64,000 bases of DNA from Octopus sinensis (GCF_006345805.1 NC_043002.1:79298001-79362000), one strand, 5' to 3'; positions 28,345 through 42,983 are shown, numbered from the stretch's first letter. The notes: a model not told the origin generated them from the letters alone. Program-made: numbers and translations.

Positions 28345-28550
28345 AGGGGGCGAGCTGGCAGAATCGTTAGCATGCTGGACGAAATGCTTAGCGGTATTTC
28401 ACCCGCCGCTGCGTTCGGAGTTCAAATTACGCCGAGGTCGACTTTGCCTTTCATCCTTACGGGGCCGATAATTAACACTGGGTCTATGTAATCGACACTG
28501 CACATCCTCTCCCTCAAAATGGCTGCTCTTGTGGCAAATTTTGAAACTAG
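28345..28550 (+). mobile_element. SINE family B
   Basis: gagctggcagaatcgttagc...gaaatgcttagcgg...gttcaaat...gaggtcgactttgcctttcatcc. Confidence 0.88.
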
Positions 28551-28569
28551 GATTATTATCATTATTTGT

Positions 28570-28760
28570 CTTAATGTCATTGTTTTTACTGCACTGAGCG
28601 CAGTTCTGTATGCCTTCGGTATGTGCGGTGTTTTATTTGTACTATGTTTACTGTATTTTGTATGCGGTGCATAGTAGTGCTATTTTCTGTATGTTATACA
28701 TAATTGGTAAGTTCTGGAATTTTGGTAATGTATTTGACCGCATGATTTTTTGATCGTTAT
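28570..28760 (-). mobile_element. 3' end of a second R4/Dong-like LINE family
   Basis: Minus strand encodes YNIQKIALLCTAY (~IQKIALLGTAHIL), followed by a short UTR ending at (TAA)n-like sequence. Confidence 0.6.
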
Positions 28761-29349
28761 TATTATAATTGAAATAATCATCGTCGTCGTTATTGTTATC
28801 ATTATTACAAGATAATTGATCACAAATCTTTTCCCCCTGTTGCTTCCTTTCCTTTATTTTTGTTTGTTAGTACCTTGACTGTACTGTTAAAAAAAAAGAA
28901 AAAGAAAAAGCCGAAAGCTGAAATGAAAATTAAATGAGAAGGAAAAACTCGTAGCGAAAAACGAAAAACGAACTCTCCTATCAAACGTTTTGTTAATTAA
29001 GTAGCTAAATGATGAAAAGGAAAAAAATGTACTTTTATTTGCTCGTTTTAAAAGATGGTTTGTGTGTATAAACATATTAAAAATGTTATTTGTGGCGTTT
29101 CTATCCTGAAACAGCTTCGACGTTATTAATCAAAGCAAAATTTTTGACAAATTTAAAAGAATTGTTAATTTCTGAATGCTAATTTTATTACCATTTCTAT
29201 TATTTAAATTCTTTTTTGTGTGTATGTGTTAACTTATTATTATTTTTTTTGTTTCGTTATTTATTTATTTATTGAAAAGTCATTTCTCTAATTAAAACAA
29301 AAATAATTCAAACAAAACAAATAGAAGTAGTAATAACAACGGCAACAGC

Positions 29350-29382
<33 letters not shown>

Positions 29383-29929
29383 AATAGCGACAAGGACGAT
29401 GAAAACGCTCTTTGTACTGAATTGGAAACAGAAAGAAAGAAAAATCATAAATAAATATTTAAGAAAGAAACAATCAATTCCTTTTGGCATTTCTTCATCA
29501 GATGAAACGTCTGTCTAAATATGGCAAAAATTCTCTTGGAGAAACTATGATATGCAAAGAAATAATTTCCCTACCTGGTTCTCTTTCATCAGTTTATAAC
29601 TTCGTATTCTTCCTCGGTCAATTCCTCCTCCTCCTCTCTCTCTTCTTCCCCTTCTCTCACATTCTCTCCTCAAATATTTGCCTATGACTTTATGAATTTA
29701 AGTCATTCCTCTATGAATTTCTCTTATTTCTCTCACAACTCTTTATCTCCGTTCACTCTGTTTCTCACGTTTTTGCCTCTCAATCGTTATGTCATTCAGT
29801 CTTATTCCCCCGTCTGTCTCCTCATCTTTTCCTGTTCTCTTTATTTGTTTACCTGTCATTCCTCTCTTTCTCTATCAGTATTTCCGACGTTCTCAGTAAC
29901 TCTTTCGCCCCGTATACTTTCTTCTAATT

Positions 29930-29938
29930 GTTGCTGCA

Positions 29939-29986
<48 letters not shown>

Positions 29987-30020
29987 GTTGGTGCTGCTGC
30001 TGCTGCTACTACTACTACTA

Positions 30021-30070
<50 letters not shown>

Positions 30071-30123
30071 GGCTACTACTACTACTACTACTACTACTAC
30101 TGCTGCTGCTGCTACTGTTGCTG

Positions 30124-30155
<32 letters not shown>

Positions 30156-30180
30156 GCTGCTTCAGCTGCTGCTGCTGCTG

Positions 30181-30230
<50 letters not shown>

Positions 30231-30266
30231 GCTACTACTAGTAGTAGTAGTAGTACTACTACTACT
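29930..30266. repeat. (CTA)n/(CTG)n compound trinucleotide repeat
   Basis: Directly visible. Confidence 0.97.
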
Positions 30267-30520
30267 AAACGGCCACCTAATGGAACCGTTTCCCATATTT
30301 CTCTCGTTCAAGGATTTTCTGCTTAATGCTTCTTGTAAGTTTCGGAACTCAAGTTACTGCTGGCAGAGTTAGATATAGAGAGGAGCGACCAGCTCGAATT
30401 GGGACACAGAAGAGGAATGTCAGTAGTGAATATACAGATCGTGTAACCATGATTGTTATATATATATTATATATATATATATATATATATCCTGGTTTCT
30501 CTCCTTGGTTTTTTCTGTGT

Positions 30521-30560
30521 ATCTTACTGTAGAAGAGCGTAGGCTCGAAACGTAAAAGAT
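30521..30560 (+). ncRNA. Minimal hammerhead-like fold, A6U variant (in TA-flanked module 30490-30652)
   Basis: atctta-CUGUAGA-a-gagc-gtag-gctc-GAA-ACGU-A-aaagat. Stem II and stem III are the same as in the 44758 and 48394 copies. Confidence 0.6.
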
Positions 30561-30680
30561 TTTTTCTATTCCTGAGCGCTATACTAATACATTTGTTTGT
30601 TTGTACTCCACCTGCCTTCGTCTTTTGTTTATTTTCGTAAACTTTCCCTTTATATATATATATATATATAATATATATAT

Positions 30681-30721
<41 letters not shown>

Positions 30722-31169
30722 TGCCTGTACATCATCAAAACACTTTTTTTCCTTGATGGAAAAAAAAACAACAAAAGTCTTAACAAAAATTTACTCGCCG
30801 CTAGAAGGGGACTTTGCAAACAATGGTGATTTCTCCGACTTGAAAATTGTTAAAAGTTTTGGTCGAAAATTTATTTTTACTGCTATTCGCTGGTGCCTCT
30901 GGGAAAAATAAGTTGACGAAAATACAGCTAGGGTCATAACAAATGTCGTAAAATTGGAGCGATCTGTGTGCTAATTTGTGGACGTGCATAAATTACATTC
31001 ACGTACACACACACACACAGACACACAAACACACACACATAGACACACACACACACATACACACACACTCACACATCCTGCCTTCGGGGTCGATAAAATA
31101 AAGTACCGGTCAAGTACTAGGATCGATGGTATCGATCAACACTGCTCATATTAAACCGAAATTCGAAAA

Positions 31170-31214
<45 letters not shown>

Positions 31215-32446
31215 TTATTATTATTATTATCAAAAATTGCTATTGTTGAAAAAGAATTGATAATCATTAATATTTGCTTTGAACGGATGTTTGTATCAGG
31301 GCTTCGTGAAGAATTGGCTTGAAACAAATTTTATATGACAGAAGAAAAAATTATTGTTTTTGATTGTTTTTAAACAAGGGGGCTTCTAAATTTCTGAGGT
31401 TTCATCGCATGATTTTAGAGCGAAAATATAACTCATTTTTCATATTTAATACCTTTTTGTATTTTTGCAAAGTTTTGTTTACGTGTGATTCTATAGGACT
31501 TCTGATGAGGGAAGCGGAAAAAGGCGCTCGTCGTGGACGTGGTAGCGACAGATGCGTCCCCAGAGAAAAGTTTCATAACAACCAAGCAAACACACATACA
31601 TATAAATATGTGTGCGTGAGTATGTGCGTACAAACAGAAAACAATTATGGCAATTAAACTAGCAGAAAACATTTTCAGTGCAGATTTTAAAATCAGTAGA
31701 TTTCCTATCGTTACAAGAGAAAGGCACTGGAGAAGCGTCATCTTCGATAAAAAAAAAGTATGAAAATACATAAGTACTTCACAAAAACAGAGTTTCTTTT
31801 GTTCTTGTATTTCAGCGAGGAAAGGCAAAAAAAAAAAAGACGTATTTCTATGTTTTGAAAAACGAAGGGTGCTTCTCTTTGCCCTCGAAGACATACTTGA
31901 AAGATATGTTGGCCGATTTGTGTTACGACGTATGATTTATTTACAGGATTAAGGCGTATGGTAGTAGTATGTCCGTGGTGTTTAAAACCACGTGTAATAC
32001 AATTTGTGCCTCACTGACTGGGGCAAGACTTATGACATTATATATCTGACGTTTAAACAAGAGCAAGTCGTATGGCAGTATATCTTTGGTTCTTAAAGCC
32101 GAAGAGGAATGAGGAGACGAAACACACAGGTTACGACAAGAGACGTTGGCACAGACGTCGTCACAATATGGGAACATGATACGTGTGGATATAACTCTCA
32201 ATATGTGGTTGGGCGGGGTTTGCATTATTATGCAGGTTTTGATTGTCCGCAAAGGCCACATGTAGTCTATTCTTGACTTGTACCACATTTCGGAGCAAAG
32301 AAGTTAATCAAAATGGTGACGCATGCTAGAATGTCCAGTTGCTACACATGTGAAAGGGTTCCTTCCTGACTAAAGTAATAGGTAGTTCAGGGTTTACATT
32401 TTTGTATTGTTCTCATCTTTATCAGGATAGGCTATACTTGCTGAGA

Positions 32447-32778
32447 CCTCCTTCGGTTATGTCTGACCATGGGATTGCACCTAGAGAGTTACCCTCCCAG
32501 GCATAAGTCCGGGCAGGGTTGTTTATGGAAGACCAGCAGTCGCCCATGCATACCAGCCTCCCCTCTCTATGCTACCAGTGTTATCCAAGGGAAAGGTAAA
32601 GGCCGATACAGCTTGGCACCTGTGACGTCGCAACTCATTTCTACAGGTGAGAGAACTTGAGCAACGTGAAATAAAGTGTCTTGCTCAAGAACGCAACACG
32701 CAGCCCGGTCTGGGATTCGAACTCACAACCTCACGATCGTAAGATCGACGCTCTAACCACTGAGCCATACGCCTTCAT
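32447..32778 (-). mobile_element. tRNA(Arg)-derived SINE family C (OR-like), full length
   Basis: Minus strand tggctcagtggttagagcgtcg..ttACGatcg...gttcgaatccc, then gttcttgagcaagacacttt. Near-identical to 47532-47866. Confidence 0.9.
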
Positions 32779-32799
32779 AGGCTATACTTAATTTATCTT

Positions 32800-33180
32800 T
32801 TAATCGTTTCAGCCATTAGATTGTGGTCATGCTAGGGCACCGCTTTGAAGAATTTTAATCGAACGAATCAAGCCCAGTACATATGATTCCCTTGTTTAAA
32901 ACCTGATACATATTCTATCGGGCTCTTTTGCCGAACTGCCATGTTACAGGGGCGTAAACACACCAACACTGGTTGTCATTAAGTGGTGGTGGGCAAATAC
33001 ACACACATACACCACATACACTCCCACACGCACACACACATAGACAAACACACGCACACACATGAGGAGCTTCTTTCAGTTTCCGTCTACCAAACCCATT
33101 CACAAGGTTTTGATCGCCGTATGGAAACGATTCCATGTGATAACTGTCCGACAGAGCCTAACTCAAGAAGCGAAGTCTTC
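32800..33180 (-). mobile_element. SINE family A
   Basis: gcttctttcagtttccgtctaccaaa and the family A tail. Confidence 0.8.
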
Positions 33181-33221
33181 TAACATCTTTATAAAAGGTT
33201 TTGTGAATGGATGGAATTTAA

Positions 33222-33275
<54 letters not shown>

Positions 33276-33289
33276 CGAGCCAGTCTTAC

Positions 33290-33445
33290 ATCTTTACGCT
33301 TTCAATTCAAATTCAGTCCCGAACGACCTTGCCTTTCATCTTTTCGGGGTCGATAAATTAAGTACCAGTGTAAAATAGAAGTCGATTTAATCGACTAGTC
33401 TCTTCCTCTCAAATTTCAGGCCCTGTTCCTATAGTAGAAAGCATT
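33290..33445 (+). mobile_element. SINE family B fragment
   Basis: gcctttcatcttttcggggtcgataaattaagtaccag. Confidence 0.8.
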
Positions 33446-33461
33446 AACATCATCATAATCC

Positions 33462-33514
<53 letters not shown>

Positions 33515-33524
33515 TATTATTATT

Positions 33525-34062
33525 GAGTGAGAGAGCAGTGCATGCCATCAATGTGACACTGGGGTAAAATATACGAAGCCCAGTATACCCAGTATCATAA
33601 CTACCGTCTAATAAGGGTACACTAGGCACATGCATCACAACCATATGTGCGCAACATGGTGATCTCATATCAAGATAAACAGCACATGACCTTGCAGGTG
33701 GGACCCAGTTAGAATTTTCTTCTTGTCGAGTAACCCATCCCGCTCAAAAGGTCCCTGAATAAGGGTCGTTTAAGGATGTTGAATGAAACACCAATGTTTC
33801 CAGAGGTCACTTATTCAAACCCCAAAGAATCCCTCTCATCACATGGCTATGATGCTCCCCCACTACTTCTGCTTGTGATCAGGGATGCTCATATCGTCAG
33901 CCACTAAGGGACATGCTCAACTGGTTAAGGTCAAACAACTGACAAGCAAATCTGTGGTATTGAGCAGAATATTTGCTGTAGCCCATCTTTGTATACCAAG
34001 ACAAAACAATGTACATGATAACACTTCCAATCAGTTAAGATCAGAAACCACGAGAGCCACTG
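33525..34062 (-). mobile_element. Retroposon 3' region ending in a (TAA)n tract
   Basis: GC-richer block whose minus-strand end (gcactgctctctcactc) abuts (TAA)n. Recognised from memory as an octopus repeat. No ORF. Confidence 0.5.
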
Positions 34063-34207
34063 CATCTCGTTCATACTTGGCGTTTATATTTCTGTAAATT
34101 TGAATTTTTATCACTTCTTATTTTGAACTTGACAAAGACAGACGTACTGTTGAAATATCGTTCAACTAATAAAATATCTTACAATCAAATCGCGCTCTTC
34201 GTCTTTA

Positions 34208-34275
<68 letters not shown>

Positions 34276-35184
34276 ATCGAATCCGTCGGGCAAAAACTAA
34301 AAATACAAACATGGAATGCAATATATAAAACTTACAAAAAAAAAAACAAAAACAACAACAACAACAAAAAAAAACCCCAACCACATCGCCTTAACATTTC
34401 CACCTTCCGGCATCGATAACACAAGGACAAATCAAATACGGGGTTCGATTAAATCGATTATACTCTCTCACTAACTGTGCAGGTCTTTTTTTTTCTTAAA
34501 TTCCTGTTCTAGAAACCTTCATTATCGTTTATATTACTGTTGTCGTTAATCTAATTATTGTCGTTGTTATTGTTGTTGTTGTCGTTATAAGTATTATTGT
34601 TTTTGCTAATGATGTTTTATTCGTGAGACAGTAATTTTGTTTTCTAATGACATTGCTACTGGAACACAAATTAATGAATTTTTTTTTCTTCTCTGGCAAA
34701 ATGAGGTTGAAAAAAAAATCGAAGAAAAGAGAACGTTATATATTTCTTATTGCTTGAATTTAATTCTTAAGCACTCACATTTTTTTCTACCGCCATTTTG
34801 AATGTTTTATATTTTCACATGCGTATGTATCTATAAATAAATAAATGTACATGATTACAAACACACATACACACATGATTACAAACATAAATACATACAG
34901 GATCATAAGAAATTTTTGTAACTTTAGTTTCGGTTTATAATAAAATTAATAGGTAAAGAATTCTTAGAATGTCGAGGCATTTATTTTATCGCCGGCAATT
35001 AATAAATTATTATAACTGCTTATTAATTTAAAACAATAATTGTTACTTGAACTTTAATTATGGGAACATGAAAAAAAGTGTTTATTTAACTAACTCGCGT
35101 TGTATGAATAATTTGCAAGTCACGGTAAGTAATATAGCCGACCGTGTACGAGGGAATGAACAAACATCGGTTACTGATGTCTTA

Positions 35185-35546
35185 TACTCTTACTCTTTTA
35201 CTCTTTTACTTGTTTCAGTCATTTGACTGCAGCCATGCTGGAGCACCACCTTTTAGTACTTATTCTATCGGTCTCTTTTTGCCGAACCGCTAAGTGACGG
35301 GGACATAAACACACCAGCATCGGTTGTCAAGCAATGCTAGGGGGACAGAACACAGACACACAAACACACATATACATATATACGACAGGCTTCTTTCAGT
35401 TTCCGTCTACCAAATCCACTCACAAGGCATTGGTCGGCCCGGGGCTATAGCAGAAGACACTTGCCCAAGATGCCACGCAGTGGGACTGAACCCGGAACCG
35501 TGTGGTTGGTTAGCAAGCTACTTACCACACAGCCACTCCTGCGCCT
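35185..35546 (-). mobile_element. tRNA-derived SINE family A, full length
   Basis: Minus strand ggcgcaggagtggctgtgtggtaag (A box) and gggttcagtccca (B box), a body, and a tail ending in (gagtaaa)-like repeats. Confidence 0.9.
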
Positions 35547-35737
35547 TATAATAAAAGTTTTTTTGTCTTTGCATTCAAGGAATTCCTTTTAAGAATATGA
35601 GTCAACTTTTCTTTCAACTCTACTTTGGTTGTCTCTAATGGTGATATTGACGTCCATTACAGCCTCTTGCATAGTTGGGTTGCCGGTAACTAAAACCGTC
35701 AAGTCCGATAAAACATCTCGTAATATTTAGTTACGTT

Positions 35738-35940
35738 ATGGTAGTGAGTTGGCACATGCGTTAGCTCGCCGGGAAAAATGCTTAGCGGCATTTCGTCGAT
35801 CGCTATCTTCTGAGTTCAACTTTGGCTTTCATCCTTCTGGGTTGACTAAATAAGTACCAGCTGACCACTGGATCGATGTAATCGACTTAATCCTCTCCTC
35901 CCAGAAATTACTAGCCCTGTGTCGAGATTTGAAGTCAATA
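35738..35940 (+). mobile_element. SINE family B, diverged
   Basis: gttagctcgccgggaaaaatgcttagcggcatttcgtc...ctttcatcc...taagtaccag. Confidence 0.8.
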
Positions 35941-36217
35941 TTTAGTAACGTACTTTTAATTCTGGATCAAAACTCTCTCAGCAGGATAGACTGTCAAAAT
36001 GATAAAATACCGTCCTGCCAAGTACTGAGGTTGACCGATTAAATGAAATGCCGGTCAAATAATAGATCGATTTAATCAACTGCTTCTTATTCCCTCAGCA
36101 ATCATCTTTTACTTTGTGCTTATGTAGAAAACCAATATTATAATGTACTTCAGTGTCTCCGAAAAGACAAAAACACGCGTAGAAATAAAGCGTTTGTTAT
36201 ATGTTGTTCATTATAAT

Positions 36218-36430
36218 GGCGGTGAGCTGGCAGAAACGTTATATACGCCGGGCGAAATGCTTAGAGTTATTTCGTCTGGCTTTACGTTCTGAGTTCAAAT
36301 TCATCCGAGGTCGACTTTGCCTTTCATCCTTTCGGGGTCGATAAGTTAAGTACCAGTTGCGTACTGGGGTCGATCTAATCGACTGGTCTCCTCCCCAAAA
36401 GTTTCGGGCCTTGTGCCTAGAGTAGAAAAG
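36218..36430 (+). mobile_element. SINE family B, full length
   Basis: ggcggtgagctggcagaaacgtt...gaggtcgactttgcctttcatcctttcggggtcgataa...ccttgtgcctagagtagaaa. Confidence 0.9.
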
Positions 36431-36896
36431 TATATGCTGCTCATTAACAGTGATTCAGCTATCGTTGAGTAGATTTAAGATCTCTAAAATAGTCCAGCTA
36501 CGATTATCCCATCTTTGATATATATTTATATTTCAGACATAGTGAATCTAGGTCCACATTTCTATGGACGATTTAGAAGAGATTTGACTGAGGTTTTTAG
36601 AAGAGCAAGTGATTGCAAGTAGGTTCCTCTCTGTGACTTGTTTGTTCAATGTGTCATTAATAAGCAGGCATTTGCAGGAGGTAAGAGGAAAAGAGCGAGG
36701 AAATGGACTGTGTGTGTGTGTGTGTGTGTTTATATTTTTCATTTATTGCACATGTAATTCCTGCTTGCATGCATCTACGTTACGTCTATTTGTGTTCATA
36801 CACATGCTCACACATGTTTATATATATATATATATACACACACATATACATATACACATATATACATATATATGTACGTACGATATAAACGTGTAA

Positions 36897-37314
<418 letters not shown>

Positions 37315-37532
37315 ATATATATATTACATACACATATGTATATATATATATATATACATACACATATGCATATGTAGACATACATATATTGCATTTGTAT
37401 CTACGTTAATTATAATATAGCCATGATTACCCAAATTCATTAGAATGGATTATATACATACCTACATACATACACACACACACACATATATATATATATG
37501 TATATATATATGTATATATACGTGTATATATG

Positions 37533-37574
<42 letters not shown>

Positions 37575-37606
37575 TACATATATACATATATACATATTGC
37601 ACAAAG

Positions 37607-37655
<49 letters not shown>

Positions 37656-38050
37656 AATATGTATACAGTGTTTACAGATGCATATATTTTGATTAATTGA
37701 TGTAGCCGAGTAATTTGTGTTTGCGCAAATTATTGAATATTCATGGAAGTATACTTTTGTGAGTGAGAGTATACGCACATGTGATTAACTGTCTATGGAT
37801 CTTACGAGTGTCTGATTAGAGTTGTGTATGCACGTTATAGTCTTATTTATATCCTCTCAATCATGAGTGCATAGAATATAATTTGAATATTTTGTAAGTC
37901 TCTTTATGTATGTATGTGTGTACATCTGTGTGTATGTCCGTGTGGTTTCAGTGTGTATGTATATGCATACGAATTGATATGTAAATGCATGTGGTCATGT
38001 ATGGGTATATACAGACTCGTATATTCATATACATATATAATATATTTATC

Positions 38051-38107
<57 letters not shown>

Positions 38108-38181
38108 TTTTTCTTTTTATTCTTTTATTCTTTTGTTTCAGTCATTTGGATGCGGCTATGCTGGAGCACCGACTTTAGTCG

Positions 38182-38223
<42 letters not shown>

Positions 38224-38989
38224 TGTATGTATAAGTATGCATGTATATATGTATACACATACACATACATATAAGTATATATATACATACATAAATATAT
38301 ATATACATATATGTGTGTATATATGTATATATATATATGTGTATATATATATATTATATAATGCTGGTATATCCAAGCATGTATACATGTACGCATATTT
38401 GCACGATTGTATATACGTACGCCTTGCATGTATAAATGTATTTGCGTGCTAAACTTTGTTGTATGCGTGTGCGTGAGGAATTGCACGTGCTTGCATATAA
38501 TGTAACAGGAGTAGAGGCAGCAACAGTAGCAGCAGTAGTAGTAGTAGTAGTTATAGTAGTAGTAGTGGTGGCGGCGGCGGAGCTAGCAGCAGCAGCAGCA
38601 GCTTATAATTGGAGGACTTAATAGCCAGTTAAGATTGCTGCCAGTCCAAGACATAGAGCTATAAAGCAACACACTACAAAATAGCAACGACACAAGCAAA
38701 GTCAGAAACTGCCTACTTATCAAAATAATTGACAGATTTTTTGGCCTGTTTGTCTTTTTGTTTTTATTTTTCCAATCGGCGAATTAGTTCTAAAGCGCGA
38801 TCATTCCCTAACATCTTATGGCCTCCAGCCAAACCGTTCAACCAGCCACCCAGGCATCCAACAAACCAGCCAACCAACTATTCATTCATTCATTCACTCA
38901 TTCATTCATTCATCATTCATTCATTCAATCAGTGAAGTAACCATCAAAAGAGCCAGATATCCAGTCATCCAATAATCCGGTCATTCAAC

Positions 38990-39540
38990 CTTGAAAGGCT
39001 AAAAGGCAAAGTTGACCTCGGCGTGATTCAATCTCTGAACTCTGAGAGTTGGAACAAATTGCATAAAGCATTTCGTCCGATGCGCTAACAAATCCGCTAA
39101 TCCGCAGCGGTGGATTAGTACATTTTCTTATCGACTCTGATATGAAAGGCAAAATAAACTTCAGTAGGATTCGATCTTAGGATGCAGACAACCGGAGCAT
39201 CACATCTGATACTCTGACAACTCTTTTTAATGATCCTAAAAGGATTTAAAGCAAAATATATATCAGCAGGATTCAATCGAGGAACGCAGAGAGACGGAGC
39301 ATCACGTCTTGCACTTTCACAATTCTGTCAAACCATCACGGAAGATTAACGCCCTTAAAAAAGGTTCAAAACGGAATTCGATCTTAGAACGCAGAGAACC
39401 TCAACAGATACCGCAAAGGATCTAACTTGATGCTCTAACAACGTCGTTAATCCACTATCTTGACTGCTACGTTATCTTATCAACATCTAACGGTTGAAAA
39501 ATAAAGTTGGTCTTGGCGGGGTTTGAAATCAGAATATATA
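38990..39540 (-). repeat. Old tandem array of ~5 degenerate SINE-B-derived units
   Basis: Recurring aaaggcaaa...ggattc(g/a)atc...aga.cgcaga units at about 39000, 39145, 39248, 39370 and 39500. Confidence 0.6.
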
Positions 39541-39586
39541 CGTCCATAAATTATTTCCTACGTTGACTCAGTCAAATATAGTGTGT

Positions 39587-39649
<63 letters not shown>

Positions 39650-39765
39650 AAGTCCAGTGCGCTTAGTGTATCTTTGAATCTGTTAGAAGAAAGTGAAGAA
39701 GCTGTCCTTAGCCTATAGACATGGCTACAAGGTTTGTAAACTGATTGTACTTTTCTAAAGGAGAC

Positions 39766-40130
39766 TGTTGTAGGAAATTAGTAATAATAGTAAACCCCTA
39801 CCACGTGACGAGTGGAAAGGCGCAGTCACTATGCGTAAGGTGACGTCGCCCGGTATCGTGAGAGTACGTGTAGACTGTGTTGATAGTCGTGTATGTGCTG
39901 ATATAGTTATTACACTGTGATACTGAGTGGACGTTATAACGATCCAACCTTTTGAGGATAATAACACTGTACGACTGTGGGCTGTACAGTGCCAGATAGA
40001 AACATTCTATCGGCGACTTCGGAATATAATATCTGTCAGAGTAACAGCCGTCGTACAAAGACAGATACAACAGAGACTTAAGAATCAAGCCGTACTGTTC
40101 GTTAAACAGGGCAAAGGTGATGGAGGTATA
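39766..40130 (+). mobile_element. Possible Gypsy LTR plus PBS plus gag N-terminal remnant
   Basis: TG...CA block (tgttgtag...ttattaca), then ctgtga (PBS-like), then VITIQPFEDNNTVRLWAVQCQIETFY, which resembles the gag start LPPF....LWF.Q.E..F. Confidence 0.35.
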
Positions 40131-41132
40131 AAACCTGGAGACATATTGAATCTACCATCCAAGAATAGAAGCAAGACCTCTAGCCAGCTTCCATACAGTT
40201 GCTGTCCACCAAATTACACTTAAAATGAGTTTTACTTTCGAACCAAATGTATAGTAGGAAAAAATTTGTGTAAGGTATCTTTACAACAGCGGGATTGAAC
40301 CCGAGACTATAAATTTCGAAGTGAACTTCATGCCCACACGACCATCCATTTACAAACCGACATCATGTGGAGCTTCTGCGTACCCGCTGTGGTGATAGAT
40401 AAAGCAATCGCATTCCCTCAAATGCATTCTAACGTCTCACGAAACAGGAAAGTAGAGAACGACGTTGCCATTGAGATAAACAGGACGGAATGGTCTCGGC
40501 TGGAATCCTTATAAACTTACGTCTGCTCTATCAGCTCCAATAACAAAAACAACAACGACAATGACAACGACCTTCGTACAAACAGTGAGCCTTTACGACC
40601 CTACCTGGTAGTTTGACCTGCTAGAAATAGAAACCAAATCTTCCTCAAACAGGATACTGAATATTGAATATTGAATAATGATTGATACTGTATACCGAAA
40701 TAAGGCTGGGCGGTCAGAGCTGGAGCGCTTTTGATCACAGATCTGAATATTTTGGGCAGACCTGGGGATTAAACAACAGATTAAACAACCATACAAGCTG
40801 CGGCTACACCATCACCGCTATCAATATATGATGACGACCACCACCACTATCATCACTACTACTGCCACAGCAAACAGTAAATACAAGTATACAATCACCA
40901 CAACCACCACCACCTCCGCTACTACCATCTCCACACCACCACCTGCGCCACTATCTCCAATGCCACCAACCTTCACCACCACCACCACCACCACCACCAC
41001 CACCAACCTTCACCAAGACCACCAGCATCACCACCATCACTGCCACCACCACCGTCGCCGCTGATGACGCCGCCACCACCACCAGCAGCGCCCCGTTGCC
41101 ACCATCACCGCTATCAGTAACAACAACAGCAG

Positions 41133-41495
41133 TGGAAGCGCAATGGCCCAGTGATTTGGGCAGCGGACTCTCGGTCGGAGGATCGCGGTTTCGGTTCCCA
41201 TACCGGGTGTTGTGTGTGTTTATTGAGCGAAAACACCTAAAGCTCCACGAAGCTACCCCAAGGGTTGGTGGCGACCCCTGTTGTACTCTTTCGCTCCCGC
41301 TTGCTCTCACTCTTTCTTCCTGCTTCTTGTCTCCGACTTCCTACGCAACTGCTGAGCCTGGATGCGCATTCATCCATCCATCGATGCTCTCGGTGTCGGG
41401 GGTTGACCTGCTCTCTCTTCTGCGTATCTTAAGAATTGCAAAGGACCACGTTTCGGATTTCTCCCACTACAGACAGGACGAAGACCGCTTCGTTC
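41133..41495 (+). mobile_element. tRNA-derived SINE family D with an alternative 3' half ending in (CAAA)n
   Basis: The first ~190 bp are colinear with the 18938 copy; the 3' part is unrelated. Confidence 0.8.
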
Positions 41496-41886
41496 AACAA
41501 ACAAACAAACAAACAAACAAACAAACAAACAACAACAGCAACATCAAATTCTCCCACAATTATCATTACCAAGACCATCATCACTGCCACCACTTCCCAT
41601 ATTTCAATCTAAGGAAAATTGCAGCCATTGCCTAGCTGAGAAGGTTTAGATATTAAAACAATAACCGATATCAAATTCCTCAGAATAAGGAAGTAGTGTT
41701 TACTGGTTGTCATCCTCAATAATTTTCCATACACAATTATTATGAGATAGGTATGAAACCCTGATTAACAAATGAGTGGATTTATAAAGAAGCCCTACAC
41801 AAAATTTACGGCCAGTAACGGGGTAAATTGTACTTCGTTTGTAACAAAACAGATATATTTATAGATAAGTATACCCCACCACATGC

Positions 41887-42135
41887 GGACGCGCGTGGCT
41901 TAGTTGTTAGGGTGTCAGCATCATGATCGTAAGATTGTGGTTTCGATTCATAGACCGGGCGACGCGTTGTGTTCTTGAGCAAAACACTTCATTTCACGTT
42001 GCTCCATTCCACTCAGCTGCCAAAAATAAGTAACGCTGCGATGGACTGGCGTCCCGTCCAGCTGGGTAACACATACGCCATTGAAACCGGGAAACCAGGC
42101 CCATGAGCATGGCTAGGCTTTAAAAGGGCGCATTT
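41887..42135 (+). mobile_element. SINE family C variant with a different tail
   Basis: tRNA-like head plus gttcttgagcaaaacacttcatttcacgttgctcca.tccactcagctg shared with family C; the 3' tail is distinct. Confidence 0.8.
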
Positions 42136-42402
42136 ATTTTTTATTACCCCCCACACACACACCCACACACACACGCACACACACACAAAAGTAGTTACAT
42201 AAGTATATCTATCTATGTGTACATAGTAGTACGGGGCGTTTATGTACACGCGCATATATACATAAAATATGTGCATAACTCAAACATATACATACACACA
42301 CACACATATATATATATGTATACTTACATATATACAACTTCACTGATAAACACATATACGCTTATATATATATATATATATATAATATATATATATATAT
42401 AT

Positions 42403-42435
<33 letters not shown>

Positions 42436-42478
42436 GCAAAATTTATAATATATGTTCACACACACACACACACATATT

Positions 42479-42549
<71 letters not shown>

Positions 42550-42825
42550 GTATGCATTTATACATATTAGCATACATACATAAGTAATTATGCACAACGT
42601 ATATTTACATACATGCAGTGACGCATATACATACGTACGACACTATGTGTTACGTGATTCTCGCCTCGTGGGTACAACAATTAAAGCAAATCCTAATTAC
42701 AGTGAAATATGTGTCGAAACTACGTATTCGGTGGTACTTCTAACTTCACACTCTTCAGGGCACGCATTACTTATGCACCATTGCATTCAGCACACATCTA
42801 CGTGTATGCACATACATCTACGTAT

Positions 42826-42874
<49 letters not shown>

Positions 42875-42930
42875 TATTTATATATGCATGTATATATATA
42901 TACATATATACATACATACACACACACACA

Positions 42931-42983
<53 letters not shown>

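Noticed and set aside
31502-31535. ctgatgag...ctcg as a hammerhead
   Set aside because: There is no GAAA or stem III.
41096-41635. 179-aa ORF
   Set aside because: It reads through a SINE and simple repeats.
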